From Chitinophagaceae bacterium (GTDB lineage: Bacteria > Bacteroidota > Bacteroidia > Chitinophagales > Chitinophagaceae), in assembly GCA_041739485.1 (NCBI GenBank), contig JBGSNV010000119.1:778-64777 (forward strand): 64,000 bases of DNA, in the 5' to 3' direction. The notes under the pieces are model-generated. The model did not search any database and had not been told where the DNA came from. It saw only the letters and a program-made list of their open reading frames with translations. Every line of letters begins with the position of its first letter. The stretch's first letter is position 1. Position numbers and translations under genes: made by a program. Below, one piece after another: positions 52,682-63,065 of the stretch.

Positions 52682-54190
52682 ATGGGAAAAGCAACAGGAT
52701 TTATGGAACATACCCGGGAACTGCCAAAAAAGCGTCCCGTTGAAGAAAGACTAAACGACTATAAAGAATATATAGAACGGTACGATGAACCCACTTTGAA
52801 TAAACAGGCATCCCGATGTATGGATTGCGGCATTCCTTTTTGCCACAATGGCTGCCCACTTGGCAATATCATTCCCGAATTCAACGATGCTGTCTATCGG
52901 AAAAACTGGTACGAGGCTTATGAAATTCTGACCTCCACCAATAATTTCCCCGAGTTTACAGGCAGAATTTGCCCGGCACCCTGCGAGACATCCTGTGTAC
53001 TCGGCATCAACCAACCGGCTGTTGCCATTGAGGAAATAGAAAAACACATCATTGAAATTGCTTTTGACAAAGGGTACGTCAAGCCACGTAAACCCAATTT
53101 GTTTACCGGTAAAAAAATTGCCGTGGTAGGTTCAGGGCCTGCCGGTTTGGCTGCTGCAGCGCAACTCAACAGTGTGGGACATTATGTTACTGTTTTTGAA
53201 AGAGATGAAAAACCCGGTGGTTTACTCCGCTATGGCATTCCGGATTTCAAACTTGAAAAGTGGGTCATAGATCGCCGTATTGATCTGATGAAAGAAGAAG
53301 GGATTCAATTCCGTTGCCATATAAATGTGGGAACCGATATCCTGTTCAGCGACCTTCTGCGTGAATATCATGCCATTGTTTTGAGTGGCGGCAGCACGGT
53401 TCCCCGCGATCTTCCGGTACCCGGCCGGGATCTTGAAGGAGTTTATTTTGCCATGCAGTTTTTAAAACAACAAAACATGCGGGTAGAGGATCCCAAGGCC
53501 AATCTTTTGGAAAAAAGAAGCTACCTGGGCAGCCATTGGGACAAAGAGATTACAGCCACCGGAAAACATGTGGTAGTTATTGGGGGTGGCGATACCGGAA
53601 GCGACTGTGTGGGAACAAGCAACCGGCACAAAGCAGCTTCGGTAACCCAGTTTGAGCTGATGCCGATGCCACCGGAAAACAGAACAGAACATATGCCGTG
53701 GCCGCATTACCCCATGTTGCTAAAAACAACTTCGAGCCATGAAGAAGGTTGCGAAAGACAGTGGGCCGTTGCCACCAAGCGGTTTATTTCGGATGAGGCA
53801 GGTAAAATGACTGCGCTTGAAACTGTAGAACTTGAGTGGAAACTCGGTACCGACGGAAAGCCTGCAAGTTTTTCAGAACGTCCGGGTACTTCAAAAGTCA
53901 TCCCCTGCGATCTTGCGCTGCTTGCTATGGGTTTTGTGCATCCGTTACACGAAGCCTTCCTGATTGAATCGGGTATTGAACTCGATAACCGCGGCAATAT
54001 CAAGGCCAATGAAAAAGGCTTTCAGACCAGTCTGCCTAAAGTATTTGCCTGTGGCGATATGCGGCGTGGCCAAAGCCTTGTGGTATGGGCCATCAGCGAA
54101 GGCCGGGAATGTGCCCGCAAAGTGGATGAATACCTGATGGGATCTTCGCTGCTCGAAAGCAAAGAAAGCAGCATTTCCGCCCATTTTTAA
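52682..54190 (+). CDS. gltD: Glutamate synthase small subunit
   Basis: [44 protein letters not shown]. Confidence 0.98.
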   Translation: MGKATGFMEHTRELPKKRPVEERLNDYKEYIERYDEPTLNKQASRCMDCGIPFCHNGCPLGNIIPEFNDAVYRKNWYEAYEILTSTNNFPEFTGRICPAPCETSCVLGINQPAVAIEEIEKHIIEIAFDKGYVKPRKPNLFTGKKIAVVGSGPAGLAAAAQLNSVGHYVTVFERDEKPGGLLRYGIPDFKLEKWVIDRRIDLMKEEGIQFRCHINVGTDILFSDLLREYHAIVLSGGSTVPRDLPVPGRDLEGVYFAMQFLKQQNMRVEDPKANLLEKRSYLGSHWDKEITATGKHVVVIGGGDTGSDCVGTSNRHKAASVTQFELMPMPPENRTEHMPWPHYPMLLKTTSSHEEGCERQWAVATKRFISDEAGKMTALETVELEWKLGTDGKPASFSERPGTSKVIPCDLALLAMGFVHPLHEAFLIESGIELDNRGNIKANEKGFQTSLPKVFACGDMRRGQSLVVWAISEGRECARKVDEYLMGSSLLESKESSISAHF

Positions 54191-54243
54191 ACCTATTTTT
54201 GTACGCCCTTTTAAATAATTGACCAACAACAAGAACACCACAC

Positions 54244-56685
54244 ATGTATGTACTAAAATTTGGCGGCTCCTCAGTAGCCAATGCCAATAATATCAGAATG
54301 GTCGGCGATATTCTGATAAACTATCCGCAGCGCCCGCTCCTGGTAGTAGTTAGCGCCCTTGGTGGCATTACCGATCAATTGTTATTGACCGGAGACCTTG
54401 CTGCCATGGGAGAAGATTCCTATAAGGATATTTTAAAATCTATAGAACAGCGACACCTCGATACAGCACGTGAATTGTTGCCCGTTACCAACCAAAGCAG
54501 CAGCCTCAGTAAAGTGAAGCAGTATTGCAATGAATTGGAGGATATGTGTGAAGGGATCTTCCGGTTACAGGAAATTTCGGATCGAACAAAGGACAAGCTC
54601 GTCGCTTTTGGAGAGTTGCTTTCCTCGCAGATATTACAGGCCTACCTTGCCTCCTGTCAGGTAAAATCGGGATGGCTTGATAGTCGTTTGCTTATCAAAA
54701 CAGATTACCGTTACGGCAAGGCAACTATGCTTCCGCAGGAAACCTACGAACGCATACGGAATGCCGTAGAAGCGGAATCCGCCGACGTGTATGTTGCTCC
54801 GGGTTTTATTGCAAGCAATATACAGGGCTATACCACCACGCTCGGACGCGGAGGCAGCGATTACTCGGCCGCTATTTATGCAGCCGCGCTGAAGGCAACC
54901 GTACTTGAGATCTGGACCGATGTTTCGGGTATTATGACTGCCGACCCGAGATGGGTACCTAATGCCCGGCCCATCAATCATATCAGCTATCAGGAAGCCA
55001 TGGAGCTCTCGCATTTTGGGGCTAAGATTATTTACCCGCCAACTATTCAACCGGTGATGAGCCTCAAGATTCCGGTATGGGTAAAAAACACCTTTGCCGC
55101 CAACGATCCAGGCACCCTGATTGAAAACCGTGAAACCGATTCTGCAGAAAAGATCCGGGGCATTTCAAGCATCAATAAAATGACCCTACTTAGTCTTGAG
55201 GGCAGCGGCATGGTAGGTATTCCGGGGTTTTCCAAGCGATTTTTTGCAGCCCTTGCCCAATTGAAAATCAATGTCATCCTTATTACGCAAAGTTCAAGCG
55301 AACACAGTATTTGTGTAGCTGTACAAGCCAATGATGCGTTTAACGCCAAAGAGGCCTGCGACGAAGCTTTTGCCACTGAAATTGCACAGAACCGGGTAGA
55401 GCCGCTTGTAGTGGAAGAAAACCATGCAATTGTGGCCCTTGTAGGTGATAAAATGAAAAGTCATCCCGGTATCAGCGGGCAGATGTTCAGCGCACTTGGC
55501 CGCAACGGCATAAATATCCGGGCGATTGCACAGGGTTCATCTGAAAGAAATATCTCTGCGGTGATAGCCGAAAAAGATGTAAAAAAGGCCCTCAATGTTT
55601 TGCATGAATCCTTTTTTGAATCTGTAAAAAAGCAATTGAACCTTTTCATCATCGGGGTAGGGAATGTAGGAAGCAAACTGATCGGGCAAATAGCTTCACA
55701 ACAGGCCTGGCTTGAAGAAAACATGCACCTGCAAATCCGTATTATTGGTTTGGCCAACAGCCGAAAAATGCTGATAGCTGAAGACGCTATTGACCTGAGT
55801 ATCTGGAAAGAACAATTACAGCATGCGCCGGATATGCAACTCAGCGACTTTCAGCAGGCGGTCATCGACAAGAATCTGCGCAACAGCGTTTTTGTAGACG
55901 TAACCGCTAATGAACAGGTAGCCCTTAGCTATGGTACTGTTTTAAAGAAAAGTATTTCGGTAGTAGCCTGTAATAAGATTGCCGCTTCTTCTGCCTTTGA
56001 TAAATACCGTTCGCTGAAAGATCTGGCCCGCGAATACAAGGCAAGCTTTCTTTTTGAAACCAATGTAGGAGCCGGTTTACCGGTAATCAGTACCCTGAAT
56101 GATTTGATTAAAAGCGGGGATAAAGTCAATCGGATTGACGCAGTGCTAAGTGGTACCCTTAATTTCGTTTTCAACAATTATGATGGCAGCAAACCTTTTG
56201 CAGAGGTGGTGCACGATGCACAGGCCGAAGGCTATACCGAACCTGATCCAAGGCTTGATCTTGGCGGGACCGATGTTATGCGGAAGATCCTGATTCTTGC
56301 CCGGGAAGCCGGATATGAACTGCAGATGGAAGATATCGAAAACAAAGGATTTTTACCAGCCTCCTGCTTCGAAGGTTCGGTAGAAGATTTTTATACCCAA
56401 ATGGGCAAACATGAAGCTCATTTTAAGGCACTTTTGCAGGAAGCATCTGCAGAGAACTGTAAGCTTAAATTTGTAGCAAGTTTCGCCAATGGCAAAGCAG
56501 CAGTAGGCTTACAACATATTCCCCCTCCACACGATTTTTACCACCTCTATGGCAAAGACAATATTGTTTTGTATTACACCTCGCGTTATCCCGAGCAACC
56601 TTTGGTGATCAAAGGGGCAGGTGCAGGAGCCGATGTAACGGCTTCGGGCGTTTTCGCAGATATAATCCGGGTGGCTAGTCAGTAA
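54244..56685 (+). CDS. thrA: Bifunctional aspartokinase/homoserine dehydrogenase
   Basis: VLKFGGSSV, TTLGRGGSDYSA, ACT domains, GVGNVG, GYTEPDPR.DL.G.D, GAGAG. Confidence 0.98.
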   Translation: MYVLKFGGSSVANANNIRMVGDILINYPQRPLLVVVSALGGITDQLLLTGDLAAMGEDSYKDILKSIEQRHLDTARELLPVTNQSSSLSKVKQYCNELEDMCEGIFRLQEISDRTKDKLVAFGELLSSQILQAYLASCQVKSGWLDSRLLIKTDYRYGKATMLPQETYERIRNAVEAESADVYVAPGFIASNIQGYTTTLGRGGSDYSAAIYAAALKATVLEIWTDVSGIMTADPRWVPNARPINHISYQEAMELSHFGAKIIYPPTIQPVMSLKIPVWVKNTFAANDPGTLIENRETDSAEKIRGISSINKMTLLSLEGSGMVGIPGFSKRFFAALAQLKINVILITQSSSEHSICVAVQANDAFNAKEACDEAFATEIAQNRVEPLVVEENHAIVALVGDKMKSHPGISGQMFSALGRNGINIRAIAQGSSERNISAVIAEKDVKKALNVLHESFFESVKKQLNLFIIGVGNVGSKLIGQIASQQAWLEENMHLQIRIIGLANSRKMLIAEDAIDLSIWKEQLQHAPDMQLSDFQQAVIDKNLRNSVFVDVTANEQVALSYGTVLKKSISVVACNKIAASSAFDKYRSLKDLAREYKASFLFETNVGAGLPVISTLNDLIKSGDKVNRIDAVLSGTLNFVFNNYDGSKPFAEVVHDAQAEGYTEPDPRLDLGGTDVMRKILILAREAGYELQMEDIENKGFLPASCFEGSVEDFYTQMGKHEAHFKALLQEASAENCKLKFVASFANGKAAVGLQHIPPPHDFYHLYGKDNIVLYYTSRYPEQPLVIKGAGAGADVTASGVFADIIRVASQ

Positions 56686-56695
56686 CTTTGATGCT

Positions 56696-57634
56696 ATGGA
56701 AATGCAGGCAGTAAAAATAGAGGCTCCGGGTACGGTGGCAAATATGGTTTGTGGATTTGATGTATTGGGCTTTGCCTTGCAGGAACCAGCAGACGAAATG
56801 TGGATGCAACGGAGTGAAAAACCGGGCATCCACATTCACCCCGATCCGCAGTATCATTTACCTACCGATCCGGAAAAAAATGTGGCAGGTGCTGCTTTAT
56901 TGGCTATGCTCGAGGACTGTGCCCCGGATACCGGTTTTGAATTAAAAATTACCAAACACATCAAACCAGGCAGCGGGATTGGTTCGAGTGCAGCAAGTGC
57001 AGCCGGTGCTGTTGCCGGTGCCAATGCTTTGTTGGGTTATCCTTTTTCGAAAGAACAATTGGTGCAATACGCCATGTTTGGCGAAAAGCTTGCAAGCGGG
57101 GTAAAACATGCCGATAATATTGCGCCCTGCATCTATGGAGGGGTAACGCTTATACGGTCTATACATCCACTCGATATCATTGCACTACCCTCTCCCGATC
57201 TGTTTGTAACCCTTATACATCCTCAAATAGAAGTTCGTACCGCCGATGCAAGAGCTATTTTGAAAAAACAACTTCTGCTAAAAGATGCTATTCGTCAGTG
57301 GGGCAATATTGCCGGATTGGTGGCCGGGCTTACTTTGAAAGACTATGACCTGATTGGTCGTTCGCTCGAAGATTATTTGATTGAGCCAGTGCGTAGCATT
57401 CTGATTCCAGGATTCGATGAAATCAAACAACGAAGCATTTCAGCCGGTGCTTTGGGGGGAGGCATTTCCGGCTCAGGCCCTTCTATTTTTATGCTAAGCA
57501 AAACCGCTGAAACCGCTGAAAAAGTGGCCCGGGAAATGGCTGATGTGTATCAGAGACTCCAGGTAGAGTACAATACCTATGTAACCGCAGTTAATAATGA
57601 GGGCATCAGGCTATTACCCTGCCCAAGGTTCTAG
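56696..57634 (+). CDS. thrB: Homoserine kinase
   Basis: ANMVCGFDVLG, PGSGIGSSAAS, HADNIAP, ISGSGPS. Confidence 0.97.
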   Translation: MEMQAVKIEAPGTVANMVCGFDVLGFALQEPADEMWMQRSEKPGIHIHPDPQYHLPTDPEKNVAGAALLAMLEDCAPDTGFELKITKHIKPGSGIGSSAASAAGAVAGANALLGYPFSKEQLVQYAMFGEKLASGVKHADNIAPCIYGGVTLIRSIHPLDIIALPSPDLFVTLIHPQIEVRTADARAILKKQLLLKDAIRQWGNIAGLVAGLTLKDYDLIGRSLEDYLIEPVRSILIPGFDEIKQRSISAGALGGGISGSGPSIFMLSKTAETAEKVAREMADVYQRLQVEYNTYVTAVNNEGIRLLPCPRF

Positions 57635-57647
57635 ATGATTATATGTT

Positions 57648-58943
57648 ATGCAATATTTCAGTACCAATAAAAAAGCCGGTCCGGTAAACTTTAAGCAAGC
57701 GACTATTACTGGTCAGGCACCTGATAAAGGGTTGTATTTTCCGGAAAATGTACCGGTTTTTGATGGCCAACTATTATCCGACTGGAAAAGCCTGGATAAA
57801 AACGAACTGGCCTTTCGCATCATGAAACCTTATATAAACGGGGAGATTCCGGATGAAATGCTCCAAACCCTGGTAGCCGAAACCGTTGCCTTTTATTTTC
57901 CACTTGTGCAGATTACTGACCGAATCTGGTCTCTTGAACTCTTTCACGGACCCACCCTTGCCTTCAAAGATGTTGGTGCCCGTTTTATGAGCCGTTGTCT
58001 CGGATATTTTAATCACGGCAATCAAAAAAAAGTAACCGTGCTTGTTGCTACAAGTGGCGATACCGGAGGCGCTGTTGCCAATGGCTTCGAAAATGTAGAA
58101 GGTATTGAAGTTATCATATTGTACCCTGAAGGCAAAGTAAGTCCGGTACAGGAATTACAACTGACCACCTGTGGCGAAAACATTACAGCGCTGAAAGTAC
58201 AAGGCAATTTTGATGATTGTCAGGCCATGGTAAAACAGGCTTTTACCGATGCAGACCTCAACGATGCGTATCAACTTACCTCAGCGAACTCCATCAATAT
58301 AGCCCGTTGGCTGCCACAGCAATTGTATTATTGTTTTGCCTTACAACAGTGGGGGTTTGACGAAGCTCCGGTCATCAGTGTACCAAGCGGAAATTTTGGT
58401 AATATCTGTGCAGGAATGCTTGCCTGGAAATCAGGTTTGCCGGTGCATCATTTTATAGCTGCCTGCAATGCCAATGATGTGGTTCCCCGCTTTTTACAGG
58501 GAGGCGATTACGAACCCCGGAAAGCGATTGCCACCGTAAGCAATGCTATGGATGTAGGTGACCCGAGCAACTTTGTGCGTATAATGGAATTATTTGTACA
58601 GGATAAAAATGCCTTACAACAAATGATCAGCAGTCAGTCTGTATCTGATGATACCACAAGATCCGTAATTGAATCGGTTTATAAACAACACGACTACCTG
58701 CTTGATCCACATGGTGCTGTAGGTTTTAAAGCCCTGCAGGATTATTTGGAGCAACATCGGGGTAAAAAAGGAATCGTTTTGGAAACAGCCCATCCGGTAA
58801 AATTTCCGGAGGTGGTAAAACAGGCTACAGGACAAGACGTTCCCGTACCGGAATCTGTTAAACCCTTATTTACCAAAACACCCCAAAGTATTTCAATGGA
58901 TACTGATTTTTCCTCTTTCAAAAAATGGCTTTTAGCGAGGTAA
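57648..58943 (+). CDS. thrC: Threonine synthase
   Basis: LELFHGPTLAFKD, ATSGDTG, SANSINIAR, VPSGNFGN, TAHP.KF. Confidence 0.98.
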   Translation: MQYFSTNKKAGPVNFKQATITGQAPDKGLYFPENVPVFDGQLLSDWKSLDKNELAFRIMKPYINGEIPDEMLQTLVAETVAFYFPLVQITDRIWSLELFHGPTLAFKDVGARFMSRCLGYFNHGNQKKVTVLVATSGDTGGAVANGFENVEGIEVIILYPEGKVSPVQELQLTTCGENITALKVQGNFDDCQAMVKQAFTDADLNDAYQLTSANSINIARWLPQQLYYCFALQQWGFDEAPVISVPSGNFGNICAGMLAWKSGLPVHHFIAACNANDVVPRFLQGGDYEPRKAIATVSNAMDVGDPSNFVRIMELFVQDKNALQQMISSQSVSDDTTRSVIESVYKQHDYLLDPHGAVGFKALQDYLEQHRGKKGIVLETAHPVKFPEVVKQATGQDVPVPESVKPLFTKTPQSISMDTDFSSFKKWLLAR

Positions 58944-58955
58944 GTATAATCCGGG

Positions 58956-59390
58956 TTAATGCGTTAAATCATGAATTTCGTTCAGTAATTCCTGAGAACA
59001 CGTTTCCTGTATTTGAGGAAAGAGCACCCTTTCTTCCTTGCGGATATGCTTGCTGAGCAGATGCCCCAACACATCGAGTTTTGCCTCCAATTCAGAGGCT
59101 CCGGGCAGCGATATAAAAATCTTTGTCAGCATCAAATGTTCCTGAAATATTTCGTCAATAATCGGTTCCAGATCATCATGTTGACTACGAACCTTTTTCA
59201 GTAGCAGTTCCTCTTTTTCAAAGTGCGATTTTATTTTTTGATTGTATAAATCGAATGCATATTGAGCCTTATCAAGCGGTGTTGTTGGCATGCCTTTATA
59301 TTCCGGAGCTTCCAGCATCAATAGTTGAGCCAGAATCAACGATTGGTGATGATCTCTTGATAAAGGTGCCAATGCTTCAATCCTTTTCAT
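58956..59390 (-). CDS. Hemerythrin-like (HHE) domain protein
   Basis: LSRDHH, HFEKEE, EH, HIRKEERVLFP. Confidence 0.85.
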   Translation of the reverse strand: MKRIEALAPLSRDHHQSLILAQLLMLEAPEYKGMPTTPLDKAQYAFDLYNQKIKSHFEKEELLLKKVRSQHDDLEPIIDEIFQEHLMLTKIFISLPGASELEAKLDVLGHLLSKHIRKEERVLFPQIQETCSQELLNEIHDLTH

Positions 59391-59460
59391 GGTTTTTCAT
59401 TTGCAATGACAAGGTACAAAATCAATCTCTCAAATACAAAATTTCGGGAATGCCATTCGC

Positions 59461-60519
59461 TTAATGCTTCCGGTACAAACTCCCATTACCTGTTTGTAAA
59501 AAAGCCTCCAGCGAAATATCTTCCTGCTTGATAAAGCCCTGCTGCGGCAAAGTACCCCTTGCCACCATTTCCACCACAGCTGCTACCGACGCTGCAGTTG
59601 TCCAACTGATGGCACGCCAGCTTTTGCCCTTATGTTCTATGGGATGGTAAGCGTTGAAAAACTCTTCCCTTTTGAGCGAGTCACCTTGCCAGCCTTCTAC
59701 AGCGGCATATACATACACCACATCTTCTTCTACAGGAGGCTTAGCTTCAGTCAATATTTTTTCGGTCAAAGCCCGGTCGTTTTTCATCAGCAATTCATAT
59801 AGAAAAAACCGCATCACTTTGCAATGTCCCGGATAACGGATGGTTTTATAATTGAGCGTATCCACCCGACCTTCAAGGGTTTCGCACATGGTACCTAAGC
59901 CACCACTTGTTGTAAAAGCTTCAAACTCCTGCCCTTCGATATTAATAATCTCTAACCCGTCTAAAGAAGGCACCATTTTCCGGACTCCGTTATGAATAGC
60001 TTCCGCGTCGTTGATGTATTCATTGATAACCCCCGCCGGCGACCAGGTAAAAGCATAGCCCATTTGCCCGTTTGGATAGCGGGGTAAAGCCCCTACCCGC
60101 AATTCTACATCGCGTAATTTGGTAAAACGGCTATAAAGATCAGCACCTACAATGCCGATAAAGCCCGGAGCAAGACCACACTGTGGGGCCATCACCCCTT
60201 TATGGGTTTCAGCCATTTTGCGGATAGCAGCCGTGGTTTCTACATCCTCCGTCAGATCAAAATAATGAATGCCCAATGCATGCGCTACTTCTGCTACTTT
60301 TATATTTAGAAAATAGGGCAAACAACTCACCACAGCATCCTGCCCTTCAAGACAGGTCTTCAAAAAGGCAGCATCTGCCACATCTCCGTTTTCAACAGAA
60401 AATGGAAGGGCAGTTGCCGGCTGTGCCTGATCAATGCCTTTTACAGTAAAAATTTCACTGAGTAAAGTTCCTACTAGTGAACCCACTTTTCCTAAACCTA
60501 CTACGGTAATATGCTTCAT
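59461..60519 (-). CDS. Saccharopine dehydrogenase / lysine 6-dehydrogenase family oxidoreductase
   Basis: Rossmann motif VVGLGKVG; HYFDLTEDV, CGLAPG, TWS..G.INEY, YKTIRYPGH. Confidence 0.9.
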   Translation of the reverse strand: MKHITVVGLGKVGSLVGTLLSEIFTVKGIDQAQPATALPFSVENGDVADAAFLKTCLEGQDAVVSCLPYFLNIKVAEVAHALGIHYFDLTEDVETTAAIRKMAETHKGVMAPQCGLAPGFIGIVGADLYSRFTKLRDVELRVGALPRYPNGQMGYAFTWSPAGVINEYINDAEAIHNGVRKMVPSLDGLEIINIEGQEFEAFTTSGGLGTMCETLEGRVDTLNYKTIRYPGHCKVMRFFLYELLMKNDRALTEKILTEAKPPVEEDVVYVYAAVEGWQGDSLKREEFFNAYHPIEHKGKSWRAISWTTAASVAAVVEMVARGTLPQQGFIKQEDISLEAFLQTGNGSLYRKH

Positions 60520-60753
60520 AATATCAAAAAAATGAGGACTGCCCCGGAAAGCCCGAAGTCAGCGCAAATGAATAAAAAATGGAAAGTCCCTGGAAAACAG
60601 GGAATAAAGAGGAATGAACGTCAATCACGGCACGTTGGCGCAGGCACTTCGAAGAAATGCCAGATAAGACTCCAGTATTTTTACCCGGTTATTGACAATC
60701 ATGTTGGCTTCAAATATAAGCCAAACCTCAACAAAACCGCCCTTGTTTTTGAG

Positions 60754-61863
60754 CTATTTTGCAAACAATAAACAAACCGGTGCAGGGAGCCGCAATTCAT
60801 CGGAGATCGGGCTCAGCAATCCGGTTTCAGAATTGCGACTGAAAATGACCACATTATTGCTCCGCTGATTGGCAGCAAGCAACCAATTTCCGGAAGGATG
60901 CAGTACAAAATTTCGGGGACCTGATCCACCTGAAGACTGCCATCCGGCAAACCGAAGCAAACCGGTTTCAGCATCTACTTTAAAAATGCTGATAGTATTG
61001 GCATCCGCACGATTGCTTGCGTATAAGTATTTCGCATCCGGACTGAAAAACAGCGCTGCACTTCCCGGCTGTTTGCTTGCGGTATCACATTTTATATTTT
61101 GCAGTAAAGAAGCTTTATCTTTTTCAAGACTAAATACCGAAATAGCGCCTTCCATCTCGGTAAGTATATACACAAGCCCCTTTGTGGGATGCAATGCGAT
61201 ATGCCGGGGACCGGCACCCGGATTGGTACCAAGGGTTAAGACAGAGGCTTCCTGTACCGGCTGAGTTTTCTTTGTTTTGAAGGCATACCGCTTTACAGCA
61301 TCGAGGCCAAGATCGGTAATCCATACATATTTCCCATCGGCACTAAATAAGGTTTGATGCACATGTGGCTTCTCCTGCCGTTTTGGATCTGCCCCCTTAC
61401 CTGCGTATTGAATAAACTGTGCCTGAGGTGCCAAATTGCCTTTTTTATCCACGGGTAAAAAAGAGGCAGAGCCCCCTGTATAATTAGCGACTGCCAACCA
61501 ATTTCCTTTCGGGTGAATATCTACAAAACAAGGGTGATCGCCACCGGTGGTCTGTTTATTGATAAAAGTTAGTTTATTGGTCAGCGGATCGAAACCAAAG
61601 GAAGATATCTCTCCTCCCTCAGGTCCTCTCAGCTCATCAATAGCATACAAATACCTGCCATCCGGCGATTGTACAAGGTACGAAGGATTGTTACAAGCCG
61701 CAGAATCGAGAAGCGATAAACGCCCGGTATTGGCATCAAACCCTGCTACATAAATCCCGAAACTTCCGGTTTCGGTATACGTACCAATAAAAAGGATCTC
61801 TGTTTTTTGCGCCACCACCCCTATTGAAAACAACAAAATCGAAATCAAAAATGTAACCCGCAT
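60754..61863 (-). CDS. Lactonase family (6-phosphogluconolactonase-like beta-propeller), secreted
   Basis: Signal peptide; IGTYT, NPSYL, VANYTGG, RQEKPHVH, GAGPRH, YASNR, PRNF. Confidence 0.92.
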   Translation of the reverse strand: MRVTFLISILLFSIGVVAQKTEILFIGTYTETGSFGIYVAGFDANTGRLSLLDSAACNNPSYLVQSPDGRYLYAIDELRGPEGGEISSFGFDPLTNKLTFINKQTTGGDHPCFVDIHPKGNWLAVANYTGGSASFLPVDKKGNLAPQAQFIQYAGKGADPKRQEKPHVHQTLFSADGKYVWITDLGLDAVKRYAFKTKKTQPVQEASVLTLGTNPGAGPRHIALHPTKGLVYILTEMEGAISVFSLEKDKASLLQNIKCDTASKQPGSAALFFSPDAKYLYASNRADANTISIFKVDAETGLLRFAGWQSSGGSGPRNFVLHPSGNWLLAANQRSNNVVIFSRNSETGLLSPISDELRLPAPVCLLFAK

Positions 61864-62110
61864 AATTTTCTTATTTATAACACCTGCAATATCGGCGAGG
61901 TTTTATAATAACCATCACATGTACCTGTAAAGCAAGTGACGGAGGGACACATTTCACAATAATTACCCAAAACACCCCACAAAACAAGAGGAAAAAGACA
62001 TTTTATGCAATGTGAAGCCTTCCTGCATCGTGTATATGTCAATAATATTTGCAACCTGTCAACGTTTCGCAAAACGTGGAAGGGTTATCTTTACCCATAG
62101 AATGAGCGTT

Positions 62111-62974
62111 ATGAATACATCGTTTGAAAAAGAAAAGAACATAAAAGCTGGAAGTTATACCTTTCTAATCCTCGCGGTGATAGTCACTCTGATGCTTATC
62201 ATCAGTTGGAAAACAGCCCCTATTGAGGAGCCATTGCTCGATGAAGGCATTGAGGTAAATCTCGGGAACAGCGATTTCGGATTAGGCGACATTCCTCCAA
62301 TGGTACCCGGAGATCCTGCTCCGGAAGCCGGAGAACCAATAGCATCGGCTCCAAAATCGGTTCCTCCCGCTCCCGAACCTATTACTACCGAAGACGAAAG
62401 CAACGATCCGGAAGCCGTGGTTTTACCGCGCAAACCGGCGATTACCACCAATAAACCCAAACCGGTAACCAACCAAAGCATTCCCACCAATAAACCCAAA
62501 CCGGAACCACCCGCACCGGCACCTGCCAAGCCCAAAGCCACGATGGGCAGCTATGCCGGCGGTACAGGCACTGGCGGCAACGGACAGGATGGATTCAACA
62601 ATGTACGCAATCAGGGTGTAGCCGGTGGAGAAGGCGATCAGGGAAAACCGAATGGCAACATCAACAGCGATAACTATACTGGTAATGGTGGGAGCGGCAA
62701 AAGCGGTATCACCATCAAATCCGGATTAAAAGGGCGGCGCATTACTACCTTCCCATCTTTTGAGGATGATTTTAATGAAAATGCCAAAATAGCCATGAAC
62801 CTCCGGGTAGATGAAAACGGAAAAGTGATTAGTGCCGAATACACCGCCTCGGGAAGTACAAGCAGTAATGGCAAACTCAAGGAAATAGCCAAAAGAAAAG
62901 CAATGCAACTCAAGTTTAACCCCGGTGAAGAAGACATTGGCACAGTTATTTTTGAATTTAAGTTGAAAGGCTAA
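62111..62974 (+). CDS. TonB/TolA-like energy-transducer protein
   Basis: Single N-terminal TM helix, Pro/Lys-rich linker, Gly-rich segment and TonB_C-like end (VDENGKVISA); start may be 62102 or 62111. Confidence 0.75.
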   Translation: MNTSFEKEKNIKAGSYTFLILAVIVTLMLIISWKTAPIEEPLLDEGIEVNLGNSDFGLGDIPPMVPGDPAPEAGEPIASAPKSVPPAPEPITTEDESNDPEAVVLPRKPAITTNKPKPVTNQSIPTNKPKPEPPAPAPAKPKATMGSYAGGTGTGGNGQDGFNNVRNQGVAGGEGDQGKPNGNINSDNYTGNGGSGKSGITIKSGLKGRRITTFPSFEDDFNENAKIAMNLRVDENGKVISAEYTASGSTSSNGKLKEIAKRKAMQLKFNPGEEDIGTVIFEFKLKG

Positions 62975-63065
62975 GTCTTCGGATTCTTCATTTTGTCATC
63001 CCTCATGGCATCAGTAGCATTGCCTGCTGTTTTCCCCGCTCATTTAAAACTGAACTGTCCCACTT

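Noticed and set aside
35900-58900. Many antisense or overlapping ORFs of 60-270 aa within housekeeping genes (also within secA, cas9 and 32-35 kb)
   Set aside because: They are shadow frames of well-supported genes with no recognisable motifs.
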